64,000 nt of DNA from an uncultured Nitrospiraceae bacterium (GTDB lineage Bacteria; Nitrospirota; Thermodesulfovibrionia; Thermodesulfovibrionales; UBA6898): NCBI GenBank assembly GCA_963811165.1, contig CAWEQH010000009.1, forward strand, positions 32,001 to 96,000. The letters are read 5' to 3'. This document shows, one piece after another, positions 9,388-20,296 of this stretch; within the stretch, counting starts at the first letter, position 1, and the number at the start of each line of letters is the position of its first letter. Both the position numbers and the translations under genes were made by a program. The notes beneath the pieces are model-generated. The model was not told the origin of the DNA and ran no database searches. It saw only the letters and a list, made by a program, of their open reading frames with translations.

Positions 9388-10350
9388 CTACCGCACCTCA
9401 ACCATAAAACTCAGGACTACAACTTTGCCGTTGTGCCCGACCTGGCTGAATACCTGGTAGAGACCCTTGGCCGGAAATACGACGGGCACATCGATTTCAG
9501 GTCCGAATTTTTTCGGGACGTTCATATGCATCATGTGCATCATATGTCCCATATGCTCATGTCCCATCGATGCCCCCGGCAACTCGCCGTGCTCGTGCAT
9601 AAAGTTTTCGAGGTCGGAAGAGATGATGGCAACATGCATAGGCGCCGCAAGATACGGTTCAAGGTCTGTGACCGGTTCGCCGTCTTTTCTGATCATATAT
9701 TTCAGGGTCGTCTCTTTCCCGGCGGTGATCGTTTCAGGGACAGTTGTAAGGGCCACCGATAAATCGCCGAACTTCTTGTTGCGGGAGAGATCTTTTGTAA
9801 AAAGACCCATCTTCGGTCCGCCTTCGACCGCCACAGTAAAATGTTCGGAGATGAGATTGTCCTTTGCCGCTGTGTCGAGGGCGATGATATAGCGTCCTGC
9901 CTTCGGAAAGGTGAAGCGCACCGGATATTCCGCCTTCTTCTTCATCTCATCCGTGATCGGCCAGAAATCGTCGGGGTGGATGTGGGCGAACACCGTAAAA
10001 TCTGCCGAAGCGATGACCACATGAACCAGGCGGTCGTGTGTGATCTGAAGGTCCTGGACCGGTTTGCCTTCGCGGTCCTTTATCGTAAAGAGCATCTTTG
10101 CCTCGGTCCCCGCCTTCAGCTCTGCAGGCACTGTCTTAAGGTCGACAACGACTTCGGAGGCCTTCATTATATGCATGTCCTTCATCTGCATATCTCCGTC
10201 ATGGGTGTTGTGGTGATGCTCGTGCATCGCCGGCATCTCTGAAAAAACGTAACCGCAGAAGAGCAGAGGCATAATTACGGCACCCATTACGACGACTTGC
10301 CGCAGACAGACAACGCGTCTTTTTAAAAAAATACTGATTCTGTTCGTCAT
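9388..10350 (-). CDS. Secreted His/Met-rich putative heavy-metal-binding protein (two YtkA-like domains)
   Basis: Signal/TM, MHEHHHNTHDGDM, FAHIHP, LEPYLAAPMH, MGHEHMGHMMHMMHM. Confidence 0.7.
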   Translation of the reverse strand: MTNRISIFLKRRVVCLRQVVVMGAVIMPLLFCGYVFSEMPAMHEHHHNTHDGDMQMKDMHIMKASEVVVDLKTVPAELKAGTEAKMLFTIKDREGKPVQDLQITHDRLVHVVIASADFTVFAHIHPDDFWPITDEMKKKAEYPVRFTFPKAGRYIIALDTAAKDNLISEHFTVAVEGGPKMGLFTKDLSRNKKFGDLSVALTTVPETITAGKETTLKYMIRKDGEPVTDLEPYLAAPMHVAIISSDLENFMHEHGELPGASMGHEHMGHMMHMMHMNVPKKFGPEIDVPVVFPAKGLYQVFSQVGHNGKVVVLSFMVEVR

Positions 10351-10434
10351 GAGATATCTCCTTGTGTAAATACGCTGATCTTAAATGGATTATATCATGC
10401 CAATTTTCGAACGCAAGATGATAAGTCAGCCGTC

Positions 10435-10555
10435 TGAGGACAGCATCCTTGCTCATTCTCGGTCCATCGAAGCTCCGGACCTCCGAGGCACCGTCGCGCA
10501 TCACCAATGTGGTGATGCAATACGCGCCGCTGAAACCGCTCGGATGCTATCCTCA
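10435..10555. repeat. Structured dispersed repeat, copy C
   Basis: tgaggacagcatcc/ggatgctatcctca stem; core very similar to reverse complement of copy B. Confidence 0.9.
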
Positions 10556-10599
10556 AACGTATTTTTTTTGTGGTTTGTACCTGGGTAGAGAGGCGGTGA

Positions 10600-11271
10600 T
10601 TATTTAAGAAGGATGTAGAGCGCTCCGAGACCGCCGTCGCACTGCCGGGCCGTAACAAAGGCCGCGACATATTTCCGGTACTTGCCCGAGAGGCGCTTGA
10701 CGAGCGTCTCTTTCAGGACGGGGCCGCGGGGTGAGCGAAGCCCTCTTCCATGGATAATCTTTACACATTGGTACCTCTTTTTCAGGGCCTCTTTGAAGAA
10801 GGTTTCGACTTCCTCCTCCGACTCCTCTACGGAAAGGCCGTGCAAATCGAGACAGTCCTTTACGGAGAAGCGTCCTTCATGGAGAAGCCTGGTAATATCG
10901 CCGCTGAAGTCCTCGTTTACCCATTCCACATACTCCTGCGTATGAGCGAGATTGACCGCCCGCCGGCCCGCGACGATTTCCTTGAGTGCGGTGAGCGCTT
11001 CGTTTTCCCGGTTGCCTTTCTTGCAGGGAACGGTCGCCCTCTTCACATCCGCCCGAAGTGACCTGAATTCCCTGATCTCCTTCACCCCGGACATCTCCCG
11101 GGCAAAGAGTTCTTCGTCGGTGAGGGTCTCTTTTTTTTTGGTAAGAACTGGTTTGGGGACTGCTGTTATGGGAGCTGCTTTAATCCCGCGGCCATCGATC
11201 ATTTTTTTCAGGCCCTCAAACGGCTGGAACGAAAAGGTCTCGGGTGTATTTCTTTTTTCGCCCATGTGCAT
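10600..11271 (-). CDS. Smr-domain protein with N-terminal extension (SmrA/B-like)
   Basis: LFAREMSGV, LDLHGLS, IIHGRGLRS...PVLK, DGGLGALYILL. Confidence 0.9.
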   Translation of the reverse strand: MHMGEKRNTPETFSFQPFEGLKKMIDGRGIKAAPITAVPKPVLTKKKETLTDEELFAREMSGVKEIREFRSLRADVKRATVPCKKGNRENEALTALKEIVAGRRAVNLAHTQEYVEWVNEDFSGDITRLLHEGRFSVKDCLDLHGLSVEESEEEVETFFKEALKKRYQCVKIIHGRGLRSPRGPVLKETLVKRLSGKYRKYVAAFVTARQCDGGLGALYILLK

Positions 11272-11368
11272 ATCCTTGCTTATTGTAACAAAAGTATTGT
11301 CCCGGGCACTCTCTTTTTGGTAGTTTCTTAGATCTGGGACACTACCCTCCTTTCTCCCCGGCGCATTC

Positions 11369-12823
11369 CTAATACCTCATCCTCACCCTGTAGGTCAGTT
11401 TTACCTCGCTGTCCTTTGCCACGGGCACGCTAAACTCGGCGGTGAAGGCCTCTGTCTTTTTGTATTCGACTGAGGAGCTAAGCATTCTCCAGTCTCCAGG
11501 AACCGGCTCCACGACCCTTACGATAACGTCTTCCTTCTTATGGTTCCTTATCGAGATTTCATATGCAGCCTCATACGTGTCGTAGGCGATCTTTTTCCAG
11601 TCCGTCTGTTTCCTGGACCCGACCACGTCGAATGCGTCTCCGAGTTTGATCCTGATCTTCTCGTCTTTTGGCGTATGGTCGATCGAGTCTTCCCCGATGA
11701 ACTGCAGGCTTCCCTCCGTATCGTTCTTATAGACGCGGACTGTACCCTTTGGAAGCGGGATGCCGAGGTTGTTTTCTTTTTTGTTTTGGATCTCGACATA
11801 GACACCGATCTTTTGGTTGGTCATCGCTTCGCCGTATTGGCTGTAATAATAGTATTTGGCGCCGTAAAAAAGCAGTTCCTTTTTTACGGGAATATCCCCG
11901 GCGCTTACGAGGCCGATCTGTTTCGTCTGGTTGTCTTTGATCGTGGAAGGTCTCTGCAATGTGTAAATGTGGTACTCAAAAAATGATTCTTCCTTAAACT
12001 GGGGGGCTGCCGGGCGGGCCATAGCGCCCGCGAGACGTTCCGTTCTTGCCTTATATTCAAATTCATCTTTGACCCTGTTTACGTCACCGGCCACGAGTTT
12101 GATCTTTGCATCTCTGTATATTGTACCGCTTTTGTTGTCGATCGTGACCCATCCGGAGAGGTCGGCACGGTCGTCTTTTTCGTTCATGGTGAGGACATAG
12201 TCGGCCCTCCAGTTTAAATTGTTTGTCAGATAAGATGCCTCGATCGCCTGGGCCGAGGTGAGACGGTTTTCGAGGAGCCAAAGAAGTGTAGGTTTCGATA
12301 TAAGGTTCTCGGGAACGCCGGGGAAAATGATCCTGCCGGGATGGCCGAAGGTTATCCCGCCGTCTATCTTGAATATGGGACCGCCGTTGTTTGAAAGGAG
12401 GGTTGCGGAGATGATCTCTTCCCTTTCCGTGTACGGATTTTTCTGATAGAGTTTTACCTCCTTCCCCACGTACTTGTCGAGGAGTTTCTGGGGGTTCAGG
12501 AGATCGTATTCGTAGTTTTGTTCGAGTACATCGAGGCTGCCGGGGTCCGTGAGCGACTTTATGTATACACTCGTCGGGATTATTTGCGATGCGACGTCCG
12601 TAAATCGTACCTCACTCTTTCCCGTGGGGATGGCGATCTTTCTCCGGTCTTTGACGAGTCCGAGGTTTACGTTATAGATCGTAACCGCGACAGCGGTCTG
12701 GTCCGCTAACCCCGATGAAAGACCGGCGCCTTTGTCCCCGCTCTCGGGATATGCGCTTCCGAGAAATAGTGTGACAAGAAAAAGTACCGACGATATAAGA
12801 CCAAAAAAAGGTTTTGCTTTCAT
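11369..12823 (-). CDS. Secreted DUF4139-family protein
   Basis: Signal peptide; AVTIYN..LGLVKDRR, LEQNYEYDLL, YLT..LNWRADY, FIGEDSIDHTP. Confidence 0.8.
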   Translation of the reverse strand: MKAKPFFGLISSVLFLVTLFLGSAYPESGDKGAGLSSGLADQTAVAVTIYNVNLGLVKDRRKIAIPTGKSEVRFTDVASQIIPTSVYIKSLTDPGSLDVLEQNYEYDLLNPQKLLDKYVGKEVKLYQKNPYTEREEIISATLLSNNGGPIFKIDGGITFGHPGRIIFPGVPENLISKPTLLWLLENRLTSAQAIEASYLTNNLNWRADYVLTMNEKDDRADLSGWVTIDNKSGTIYRDAKIKLVAGDVNRVKDEFEYKARTERLAGAMARPAAPQFKEESFFEYHIYTLQRPSTIKDNQTKQIGLVSAGDIPVKKELLFYGAKYYYYSQYGEAMTNQKIGVYVEIQNKKENNLGIPLPKGTVRVYKNDTEGSLQFIGEDSIDHTPKDEKIRIKLGDAFDVVGSRKQTDWKKIAYDTYEAAYEISIRNHKKEDVIVRVVEPVPGDWRMLSSSVEYKKTEAFTAEFSVPVAKDSEVKLTYRVRMRY

Positions 12824-12923
12824 ATAGGGCCTCCGTGAATTTCTTCTGATAGATATAAGTTTATCCCAGATAGGTCTTTAAAAATAGTAAAAATTATAAT
12901 TGTGGATCTACTATCCATTTGTG

Positions 12924-13056
12924 AAGAAGGGAGATCGTCTTTTCGCTCATTCTCGCCCGCCCGCCTGAGGCGGGCAAGCTCCGAGGCAATTTCTCGATCC
13001 GCCCGTGTCGGATCAATACGAGAAATTGAAGCCGCTCAAAGACGATCTCCCTTCTT
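12924..13056. repeat. Structured dispersed repeat, copy D, flanked by 8-bp direct repeat catttgtg
   Basis: Perfect 19-bp terminal stem aagaagggagatcgtcttt/aaagacgatctcccttctt; catttgtg at 12916-12923 and 13057-13064. Confidence 0.9.
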
Positions 13057-13183
13057 CATTTGTGCGATGCCGGAATAAAGTTTGTGAATTGTATGGGCGG
13101 TATTCCCCTTGCGGTCCTGCACTATGGCTTGACAACCATCCCCTTGTCGTATAAATTAACCCAAAAAACCAAGGAGGACAGGA

Positions 13184-13603
13184 ATGGCTAAGGCGACGAT
13201 ACGATATAACGGAGGACTGCAGTTCGTGGGAGAGGCCGATTCCAGGCATGCGGTCGTCATGGACGCGGAAGAGAAGTTCGGCGGCAGGGATTCAGGCGCC
13301 AGGCCGATGGAACTCCTGCTTATGGGTATCGGCGGATGCTCCGGCATGGACATCGTTTCGATATTGAAGAAAAAGAGGGAACATGTTACCGACCTTGAGA
13401 TAAATGTGGACGGGAAAATGGCCGAGGATTACCCCCATAAATATACTCAGATCGATATCGAATATGTCGTCACTGGAAAGAATTTGTCCGACGAGGCGGT
13501 GAAGCGGGCGGTGCAGCTCTCGATGGACAAGTACTGCTCGGTCAAGGCAACACTCGAAGGCTCCGCGAAGATAACCTTTTCGTACAAGATAGTCGAGGAA
13601 TAA
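13184..13603 (+). CDS. OsmC/YhfA-family protein
   Basis: GARPMELLLMGIGGCSGMD, LSMDKYCSV. Confidence 0.92.
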   Translation: MAKATIRYNGGLQFVGEADSRHAVVMDAEEKFGGRDSGARPMELLLMGIGGCSGMDIVSILKKKREHVTDLEINVDGKMAEDYPHKYTQIDIEYVVTGKNLSDEAVKRAVQLSMDKYCSVKATLEGSAKITFSYKIVEE

Positions 13604-13631
13604 GTAGGGGCACATTGCAATGTGCCCCTAC
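13604..13631. repeat. GTAG-type REP-like palindrome
   Basis: Perfect 28-bp palindrome gtaggggcacattgcaatgtgcccctac between convergent genes. Confidence 0.75.
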
Positions 13632-13647
13632 AGCCACTGTTTTTTTG

Positions 13648-16600
13648 TCATTCCGCCGCAGTCTGTTCTTTATGATGCTCTGCAGCGACCAACATATAGA
13701 TGGAGGGCACCACAAAGAGGGTAAAGAGGGTGCCTACGAACATGCCTCCTACCAGCACAAGACCGATTGAGTTACGGGCGGCTGCGCCGGCCCCGGTGAC
13801 GAGGGTCAGGGGAAAGTGACCGGCAATGGTGGCGGCGCTTGTCATCAGGATCGGCCGCAGTCGTGTCATTGCTGCTTCACGCACTGCCTCAAGCTTGGGG
13901 TGGCCCTCCAATTGCAGCCGGTTGGCAAACTCCACGATCAGGATTCCGTTTTTGGACACCAGTCCGACCAAAGTTACCAGTCCGACCTGGGAGTATATGT
14001 TTAGAGTGGTAGTCCAGCCGCGCGTCCAGAAGGGGACGTTGGGGTCCGGCATCTTCAGGAAGGTGAAGAGCAGCGCTCCGAACATGGCCAGCGGCACCGA
14101 ACCCGCCAGGATGACAAAGGGGTCGCGGAAGCTGTTGAACTGGGCGGCCAGCACCAAAAATATCAGGATGACTGCCAGGCCAAATGCAGGGAGAAACTTG
14201 TTTCCCTCGGTGCGCAACTGGCGTGACTCTCCGGTATAGTCGATGACATACCCTTTGGGCAGGATCTTCGCTGCCTCGTCCTCAAGGTAGCGGAGTGCCT
14301 CGTCAAGCGGCCGCACCGCCACGCCGCTAATCTTGACTGCGTTTAGCTGCTGGAAGCGGTTGAGGGAACGGGGCACGACAGAATCGCGAAGTGTGGCGAT
14401 GGTGTTAAGCGGGATCAGCTTGCCGCCCGGGCCGGTGACATAGATATTCTGGAGTTGCTCCGGGTTAAGGCGTCCGATCCGCTCGATCTGGGGAATTACC
14501 TTGTAGCTTCGGCCGAAGATGTCGAAGCGATTGACGAAGTCCCCCCCACCATGCCTCCCAGGTCGCCGCCAATCTGCCCTAGGTTGAGCCCCAGGTCTGC
14601 GACCTTGTCGCGGTCTATGAGGAATTCCGACTGGGGTTGGTCGATCTTGACATCGATCTGAGGCGGGAAGGCGAACATGCCGCTTTGAATGGCCTTCATT
14701 TGCAGTTGGTGTGCGAAATCGAGGATCTGTCCGGCCTCGGCGGTCGATGCCAATATGAATTCGACAGGAAACTGCCCGCCTCCCGGCAGCGCAGGCGGTG
14801 TCACAGGGAAGATCTGGATGCCGGGGATCTTCTGCAACTTCTGCTGGACCTCGGGCATGATCTGGAAGATGTTTCGTTTGCGCTTGTCCCAGGGCTTGAC
14901 CACCATGCCTCCGAAACCAGAATTGGGGAAGGTGATCTGAAAGGTGAAGTCGGTCTCGGGCACACTCATGAAGGCCCGGTTTACCGCCGCTGCGTAACGT
15001 GTGTTTTGATCGAGGGTGGAGTTGGCCGAGGCATCGAGGATGCCGAAGATGACGCCCTGGTCCTCGGTCGGCGCCAGTTCCTTGGCGGACATCCTAAACA
15101 TCGGCACGGTCAGCAGGGAGATAATGATCCAGACCGTGTAGACCGCGGGACGGACATTGAGGGTGGCGGTGAGCAATCTGCCGTATGTTTCCCTCAGGCG
15201 TGTGAAGTCATGCGAGATGCGGCCGGCCAGGCCGTGCTCCCCGGCGCCAGGTTTAAGCAGTGTGGCTGACATGACCGGAGAAAGGGTCAGGGCCACGATC
15301 CCCGAGATGGTGACGGCACCCGCGAGGGTGAAGGCGAACTCCTTAAACAGAGAGCCTGTCAATCCCCCCTGCAGACCTACGGGGAGATAGACCGCCGCAA
15401 GCGTGACGGTCATGGCGATGATCGGCCCGACCAGTTCGCGGGCGCCAAGCAGGGCGGCCTCTAGGGCCGATTTTCCGGTCCGCAGGTGGCGCTCGACATT
15501 TTCGACCACAACAATGGCGTCGTCGACAACCAGTCCGACAGAGAGGACGATGGCCAGAAGGGTGAGCAGGTTCACCGTAAAGCCGAAGGCCTGCATCAGG
15601 AATACCGCGCCGATAAGTGAGACCGGGATGGCGACTACCGGGATGAAGACCGACCGGAAGGAACCGAGGAAGAGGAATATGACGACGACCACGATCATCA
15701 GCGTGTCACCGAGGGTCTTGAGCACCTCGTGGATGGCGTTGGTAATATAGTCGGTAGCGTCGTAGGCGACACGGGACTGCATGCCGCTTGGCAGGTCCCG
15801 CTGAATGGACGCCATCTCGGTCTTCACCCGCTTGATAACGTCCACGGAATTGGCGTTAGGAAGAGGCCAGATCCCCATAAAGACGGCTGTCTGCCCCGAG
15901 AAGTGGACCTCTGAGTCGTAGTCCTCGGCCCCGAGGACCACGTCGGCGATGTCTGAAAGACGCACGATGGCGCCGTTTTGGTCACGCACGGCAAGCTGTT
16001 TGAACTCCCCGACCGTCTTCAGGTTTGTATCGGCGGTCAGGTTGACCTGGATGTAGACGCCTTTGCTCTGGCCGAGGGCGGCAAGGAAGTTATTGGCAGC
16101 CATGGCCTGGCGCACCTGGACAGGGCTGATGTTAAGGGCGGCCATCCGCTCAGGCTTGAGCCATATGCGCATGGCAAAGGTGCGGGCTCCCAGTATGTCG
16201 GCCCGCTGCACCCCGTCGATGGCCGCGAGGCGCGGCTGGACAATGCGCACCAGGTATTCGGTGATCTCATTCTGTTTCAGAATGTCCGAGGTGAAGCTGA
16301 GGTATGCCGAGGCGAACTGGCTGTCAGCCGACTCGATGTTGATCGCAGGCACCTCGGCCTCGGGCGGGAGATCACGGCGTACCTGGTCAACCTTCGAACT
16401 GATCTCGGCAAGTGCCTTGGTAGAGTCGTAGTTGATCTTGAGTCGCACCTTGATGGTCGAGAGCCCGAGCGTGCTCTGAGACTCCATGTACTCGATGCCG
16501 TCGGCGGCTGCGATGGTACGCTCAAGAGGGGTGGTGACGAACCCACGCACCAGTTCGGCGCTGGCTCCGACATAGACTGTGGTAACCGTCACCGCCGCGT

Positions 16601-16724
16601 TTTCACTGCGGGGATACTGACGCACATTTAGGGTCCGGATTGCCTGCAGACCGGCTATGAGGATAAGCAGGTTTACCACAAGGGCCAACACAGGCCGGCG
16701 GATGAAGAGATCGGTGATTTTCAT
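13648..16724 (-). CDS. RND efflux permease (AcrB/MexW-like), frameshifted at a G7 run (14541-14547)
   Basis: FIRRPVLA, GLVVDDAIVVVEN, SKNGILIVEFAN, RLRPILMT; adding one G restores GGDFVNRFDIFGRSYKVIPQ and joins the 742-aa and 242-aa ORFs. Confidence 0.88.
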
Positions 16725-16736
16725 GAGACGAGCATA

Positions 16737-16854
16737 CCAACCCCTCCCGACCTCCCCTTATCAGGGGAGGGGTAAAAGAGTCCGGTCTTATCCTTCTCAG
16801 TGGTGAAGAACGAAATTTCTTCCCCCTTGATAAGGGGGGATTGAGGGGGGTTGG
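16737..16854. repeat. Palindromic C/G-run repeat pair (cccctcc...cctccccttnnnaggggag type)
   Basis: Two inverted units, each with an internal hairpin, between MFP and permease genes. Confidence 0.7.
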
Positions 16855-16869
16855 GGTCGGTTTTCTCTT

Positions 16870-18012
16870 TCAATTGTTCTCAGGCCTTGGCGCCATCTGA
16901 AATGCAGGCGCCAGCTTGTTGTCCACAACCACCGACTGGCCGTTTCGGAGCTTAAAGACGCCGGTGCTGACGACCGTCTCGCCTTCCTTAAGCCCGCTAG
17001 TTACGGCGACGAAATCACCGCGTTTTTTCCCGAGGCGTATGAACTGTTGCCTGAGCACCTTTCCTCCCTTTCTGTCTTTGTTCTCTTCGATGATAAAGAC
17101 CGAGTCGCTATAGGGGGCATAGAGGACCGCTGTGGCCGGTATGACCAGCACCGGCTGGCGGACCGGCAACCCTACTGCCACATTGACGAACATCCCGGGC
17201 CGAAGTCTCTCTTGGCGGTTGGCCAGCGTAGCCTCTATTTTGATATTGCGTGTATCGGCATCGACCAGGGGATTGATTGCGGTGATCCGGCCCTCGATCG
17301 TCTCTCCGGGCAGGGCATCGCTCGTCACCCTGACAGGCAGGCCTAGGCGGACCCGCGGTAGCTCCTGCTGGGGCAGACTGAAGTCTACATATATTGGGTC
17401 AAGGGACTGCATGGTGACGATGGGATCTCCCTCGCGAAGCATCTGGCCGAGGTTGACCTGGCGTATCCCGATCCGGCCGCTGAAGGGTGCCCGGATCGTC
17501 TTTTTGGCTATGGTGGCCCGTATGGTTTCGGCTTGGGCAATCGCCTGCTCGTGGTTGGCGACGGCGGTGTCGTAGTCGGCCTGGGAAATCTGCTGCGTCA
17601 GCATCTTCTCGTCTCGTTCCAGGATGGTCTTCGTCAGCTTCACCTGGGCGACGGCGCCGGGAAGTTGGGCCTCTTCAGAGGAAGTGTCCTGACGAAGGAG
17701 GATGTCCCCTTTTTTCACGGAAGTTCCGGCATCGAAGGAGAGCTTGACCACCTTCCCCACCAGCTCGGCGGCTACGGTCACTCCCTGCACGGCGTTCAGA
17801 GTGCCGACCGCGTTTAGGCTGGTCTCCCATGAGTCGGCCTTTACTATTGCAGAGGTCACGGTCTCAGGCGGAGGAACGAACTTCTTGCCCTGATTGATCA
17901 TGGCGCGGATCTGCAGGGCCTTGACAGCACCTAACACAGCGATAAGAATAGCCAGTCCTATGAGGGTGAAGATTATGAGCTTCTTCACGGTTGGTCTTCT
18001 CTTTTCCACCAC
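16870..18012 (-). CDS. RND membrane fusion (adaptor) protein; start may be GTG at 17988
   Basis: TIRAPFSGRIG, LDPIYVDF, LRPGMFV, GLKEGETVV. Confidence 0.92.
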   Translation of the reverse strand: MVEKRRPTVKKLIIFTLIGLAILIAVLGAVKALQIRAMINQGKKFVPPPETVTSAIVKADSWETSLNAVGTLNAVQGVTVAAELVGKVVKLSFDAGTSVKKGDILLRQDTSSEEAQLPGAVAQVKLTKTILERDEKMLTQQISQADYDTAVANHEQAIAQAETIRATIAKKTIRAPFSGRIGIRQVNLGQMLREGDPIVTMQSLDPIYVDFSLPQQELPRVRLGLPVRVTSDALPGETIEGRITAINPLVDADTRNIKIEATLANRQERLRPGMFVNVAVGLPVRQPVLVIPATAVLYAPYSDSVFIIEENKDRKGGKVLRQQFIRLGKKRGDFVAVTSGLKEGETVVSTGVFKLRNGQSVVVDNKLAPAFQMAPRPENN

Positions 18013-19493
18013 CCGCCCCCCATCGCCTGAAACAGCGCCGCCGTGTCTGCAAAGCGGGCCGCCTGCGTCTGAACCAGCCCAAGACGGGTCTGCTGATACT
18101 GGCGTTCTGCATTGAGCAGCGAAAGATAGCTTACCGCCCCGAGCTGAAACTGCTTCTGCGTCAGGTCCAGGGTGTCGGCCGCGGCCGCTTCAGCGTCGGC
18201 CTGTGTCGTGAGCGCCCGTGCGTCCGCTTCCAGGGCGCGCAGCGAATCGGCCACATTTTGGAACGCCATCAAAACGGTTTCTTGATATTGTGACGCTGCC
18301 TGATTGTATAGTTCGACTGCGGCACGGCGCCTGGCGGTAAGCGTCCCGCCATGGAAAACGGGCTGGACCAGCCCTCCGGCGATGCTCCAGAGGGCCGCAC
18401 TGCTTTTCAACAGATCGCGAAGCCTGGAGGACTCCGACCCATAACTTCCGGTCAGCGTGATCTGGGGGTAGAGATTCGCCGTCGCCACGCCGATCTGTGC
18501 GCTCGCAGCATGCAGCAGCGCCTCAGAGGCAAGGATGTCAGGGCGCTGGCGCACCAGCGACGACGACAGGCTCACCGGTAATTCCCCAGGCAGCTGCAAT
18601 CCTTTGAGATCGAACTCAGGCATTGACCCCGCCTCGCCGGGGAAGATGCCCGTAAGCGCCGCCAACTGGTGCCGGGTCTGGGCGAGCTGTCTCTCTAACG
18701 GCGGCAGCGTCGACCGTGTCTGCGCAAGCTGCGTCCGCTCCGCAAGCACGTCAGAGCGCGACGCGCCGCCGAGCTGAAACTGATGTCCGACCAAGTCGAG
18801 CTGTTTCTCCTGTGCCTCCAGTATCTCCTGCGTCGCCCGGATTTGCCCACGAAGCGAGGCCTCCTTCACCGCTGCAGTGACGATATTGGACGTGAGCGTA
18901 AGACGGACACCTTCGAGCTGAAAGCGCTGGTAGTCGATCTGCGCCTGAAGCGCCTCCAGGTCTCGTCTTATGCCGCCGAAGATGTCAAGCATGAACGAGA
19001 CATTCACCGAGGCGTTATAAAGGGTGAAGGGGCTGAAACTGGTGCCGGGCTGTCCAAACGAGGCTCCCGAGATCTTTTCGTGAAGGGCCGAGGCGTTTGC
19101 GTCCACACTCGGCAAGAGTGCGCCGGCTTCTGCTTGCCAGTTCTCCCGCGCCTGGCGCAACGCGGCCTTTGCTGCAGCAAGTGTCGGGCTGTCTGCCAGC
19201 GCCCTGCGGATCAACTGATCCAGTACCTCGGAATGAAACAGCGTCCACCACTGGTCGGGTATCTCTTTCCCGAAGGCAAAGTGTTGGCCCTCGCCTCCGG
19301 TACCCGGCGCTGAAGACGTCTTCTCCGGCAGGGGGACTGTCGTGTACACATCTGTCTTCGGCGCCTCGGGACGGTGAAAATCAGGTCCCACAGAACATCC
19401 GGTCATTGCGATGGCGACGATCAGTAAGACGGTAAACCCGAAATGCGGAAGAAGGTTTGCCGCCTCCTCTCTATCCTTTGGTCTTTCTCTCAT
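17985..19493 (-). CDS. NodT/OprM-family outer membrane efflux lipoprotein
   Basis: Lipobox MTGC-SVGPDF, WWTLF, RQRPDI, YPQITLTG, AMGGGWW. Confidence 0.92.
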   Translation of the reverse strand: MRERPKDREEAANLLPHFGFTVLLIVAIAMTGCSVGPDFHRPEAPKTDVYTTVPLPEKTSSAPGTGGEGQHFAFGKEIPDQWWTLFHSEVLDQLIRRALADSPTLAAAKAALRQARENWQAEAGALLPSVDANASALHEKISGASFGQPGTSFSPFTLYNASVNVSFMLDIFGGIRRDLEALQAQIDYQRFQLEGVRLTLTSNIVTAAVKEASLRGQIRATQEILEAQEKQLDLVGHQFQLGGASRSDVLAERTQLAQTRSTLPPLERQLAQTRHQLAALTGIFPGEAGSMPEFDLKGLQLPGELPVSLSSSLVRQRPDILASEALLHAASAQIGVATANLYPQITLTGSYGSESSRLRDLLKSSAALWSIAGGLVQPVFHGGTLTARRRAAVELYNQAASQYQETVLMAFQNVADSLRALEADARALTTQADAEAAAADTLDLTQKQFQLGAVSYLSLLNAERQYQQTRLGLVQTQAARFADTAALFQAMGGGWWKREDQP

Positions 19494-19822
19494 CTCAGTC
19501 CGTGCATGAATCCCGTCAGTTTATCGCCTTTCCGATTTAACGAAGTATTTCGCACATTATATCAGGTCTTTAAGAGATGGACTACTGGGTGCGAGATGTG
19601 TGTTGAAGAAGGTTAAAAAAGGGAGCAATGTCGAAAAAGAGAAAGGATGCTTTGATAACTAAACATATTTATTTCTTTTCAGTCCTATGACCCCCATAAT
19701 TTTATCTTTTCAACCCAATGATGGGTTGCTAATCCGCGCAACATGTTTTAGGTTAGGGCAAGAGTTCAGTAAGGTGCTTTAAAGGGCAGTAGCGGAGCCC
19801 GATGAGAAAGGTGGTGTGAATA

Positions 19823-20194
19823 ATGTCGGGAAAAAAGAGCATAGAAAAGAAGGTGAACCGTCTCGCCGTATTTTTCATGATGTTTGTTGCGGCGCTTTTT
19901 GTGATCTCCATGGCAAGCTCGGCCAGTGCCTATCCTTTCACCCTGCAGGGTAAGGTCGTGTCGATCGACAGCAACAGCAAGAAACTCACTCTGCAAGAGG
20001 ACCAGTGCGGTATGAGCGGACGGTATGGAATCACATGGGATAACAATGCGACAGTGATGAGAGGGAATGATTTTGTGTCCTTTAACGACATCAGGGCAGG
20101 AGATGACGTAATAGTCACCTATTACGAAAAAAGCCCGGGCGAGTATGTTGCTGAAGACATTACTATTCCCACTATGGTGTCACCACATTGCTGA
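19823..20194 (+). CDS. Small secreted protein (OB-fold-like)
   Basis: Signal peptide ...ASA; GKVVSID...DIRAGDDVIVTY. Confidence 0.65.
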   Translation: MSGKKSIEKKVNRLAVFFMMFVAALFVISMASSASAYPFTLQGKVVSIDSNSKKLTLQEDQCGMSGRYGITWDNNATVMRGNDFVSFNDIRAGDDVIVTYYEKSPGEYVAEDITIPTMVSPHC

Positions 20195-20296
20195 TTGGTA
20201 AAAAAAGAGCCGGTAAGCGCCGGGATCGTTCGGCGCTTTCTTTTTTTACCCTAAAGTAAGGAAGCACAAATGCGAAAACAGAAAGGAGAAAAGGGC

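Noticed and set aside
4561..10588. ORFs 4561-4806 and 10385-10588 sharing DLRGTVAHH..GDAIRAAE.ARMLSS
   Set aside because: The similarity is translation of repeat copies B and C; other copies do not keep the frame
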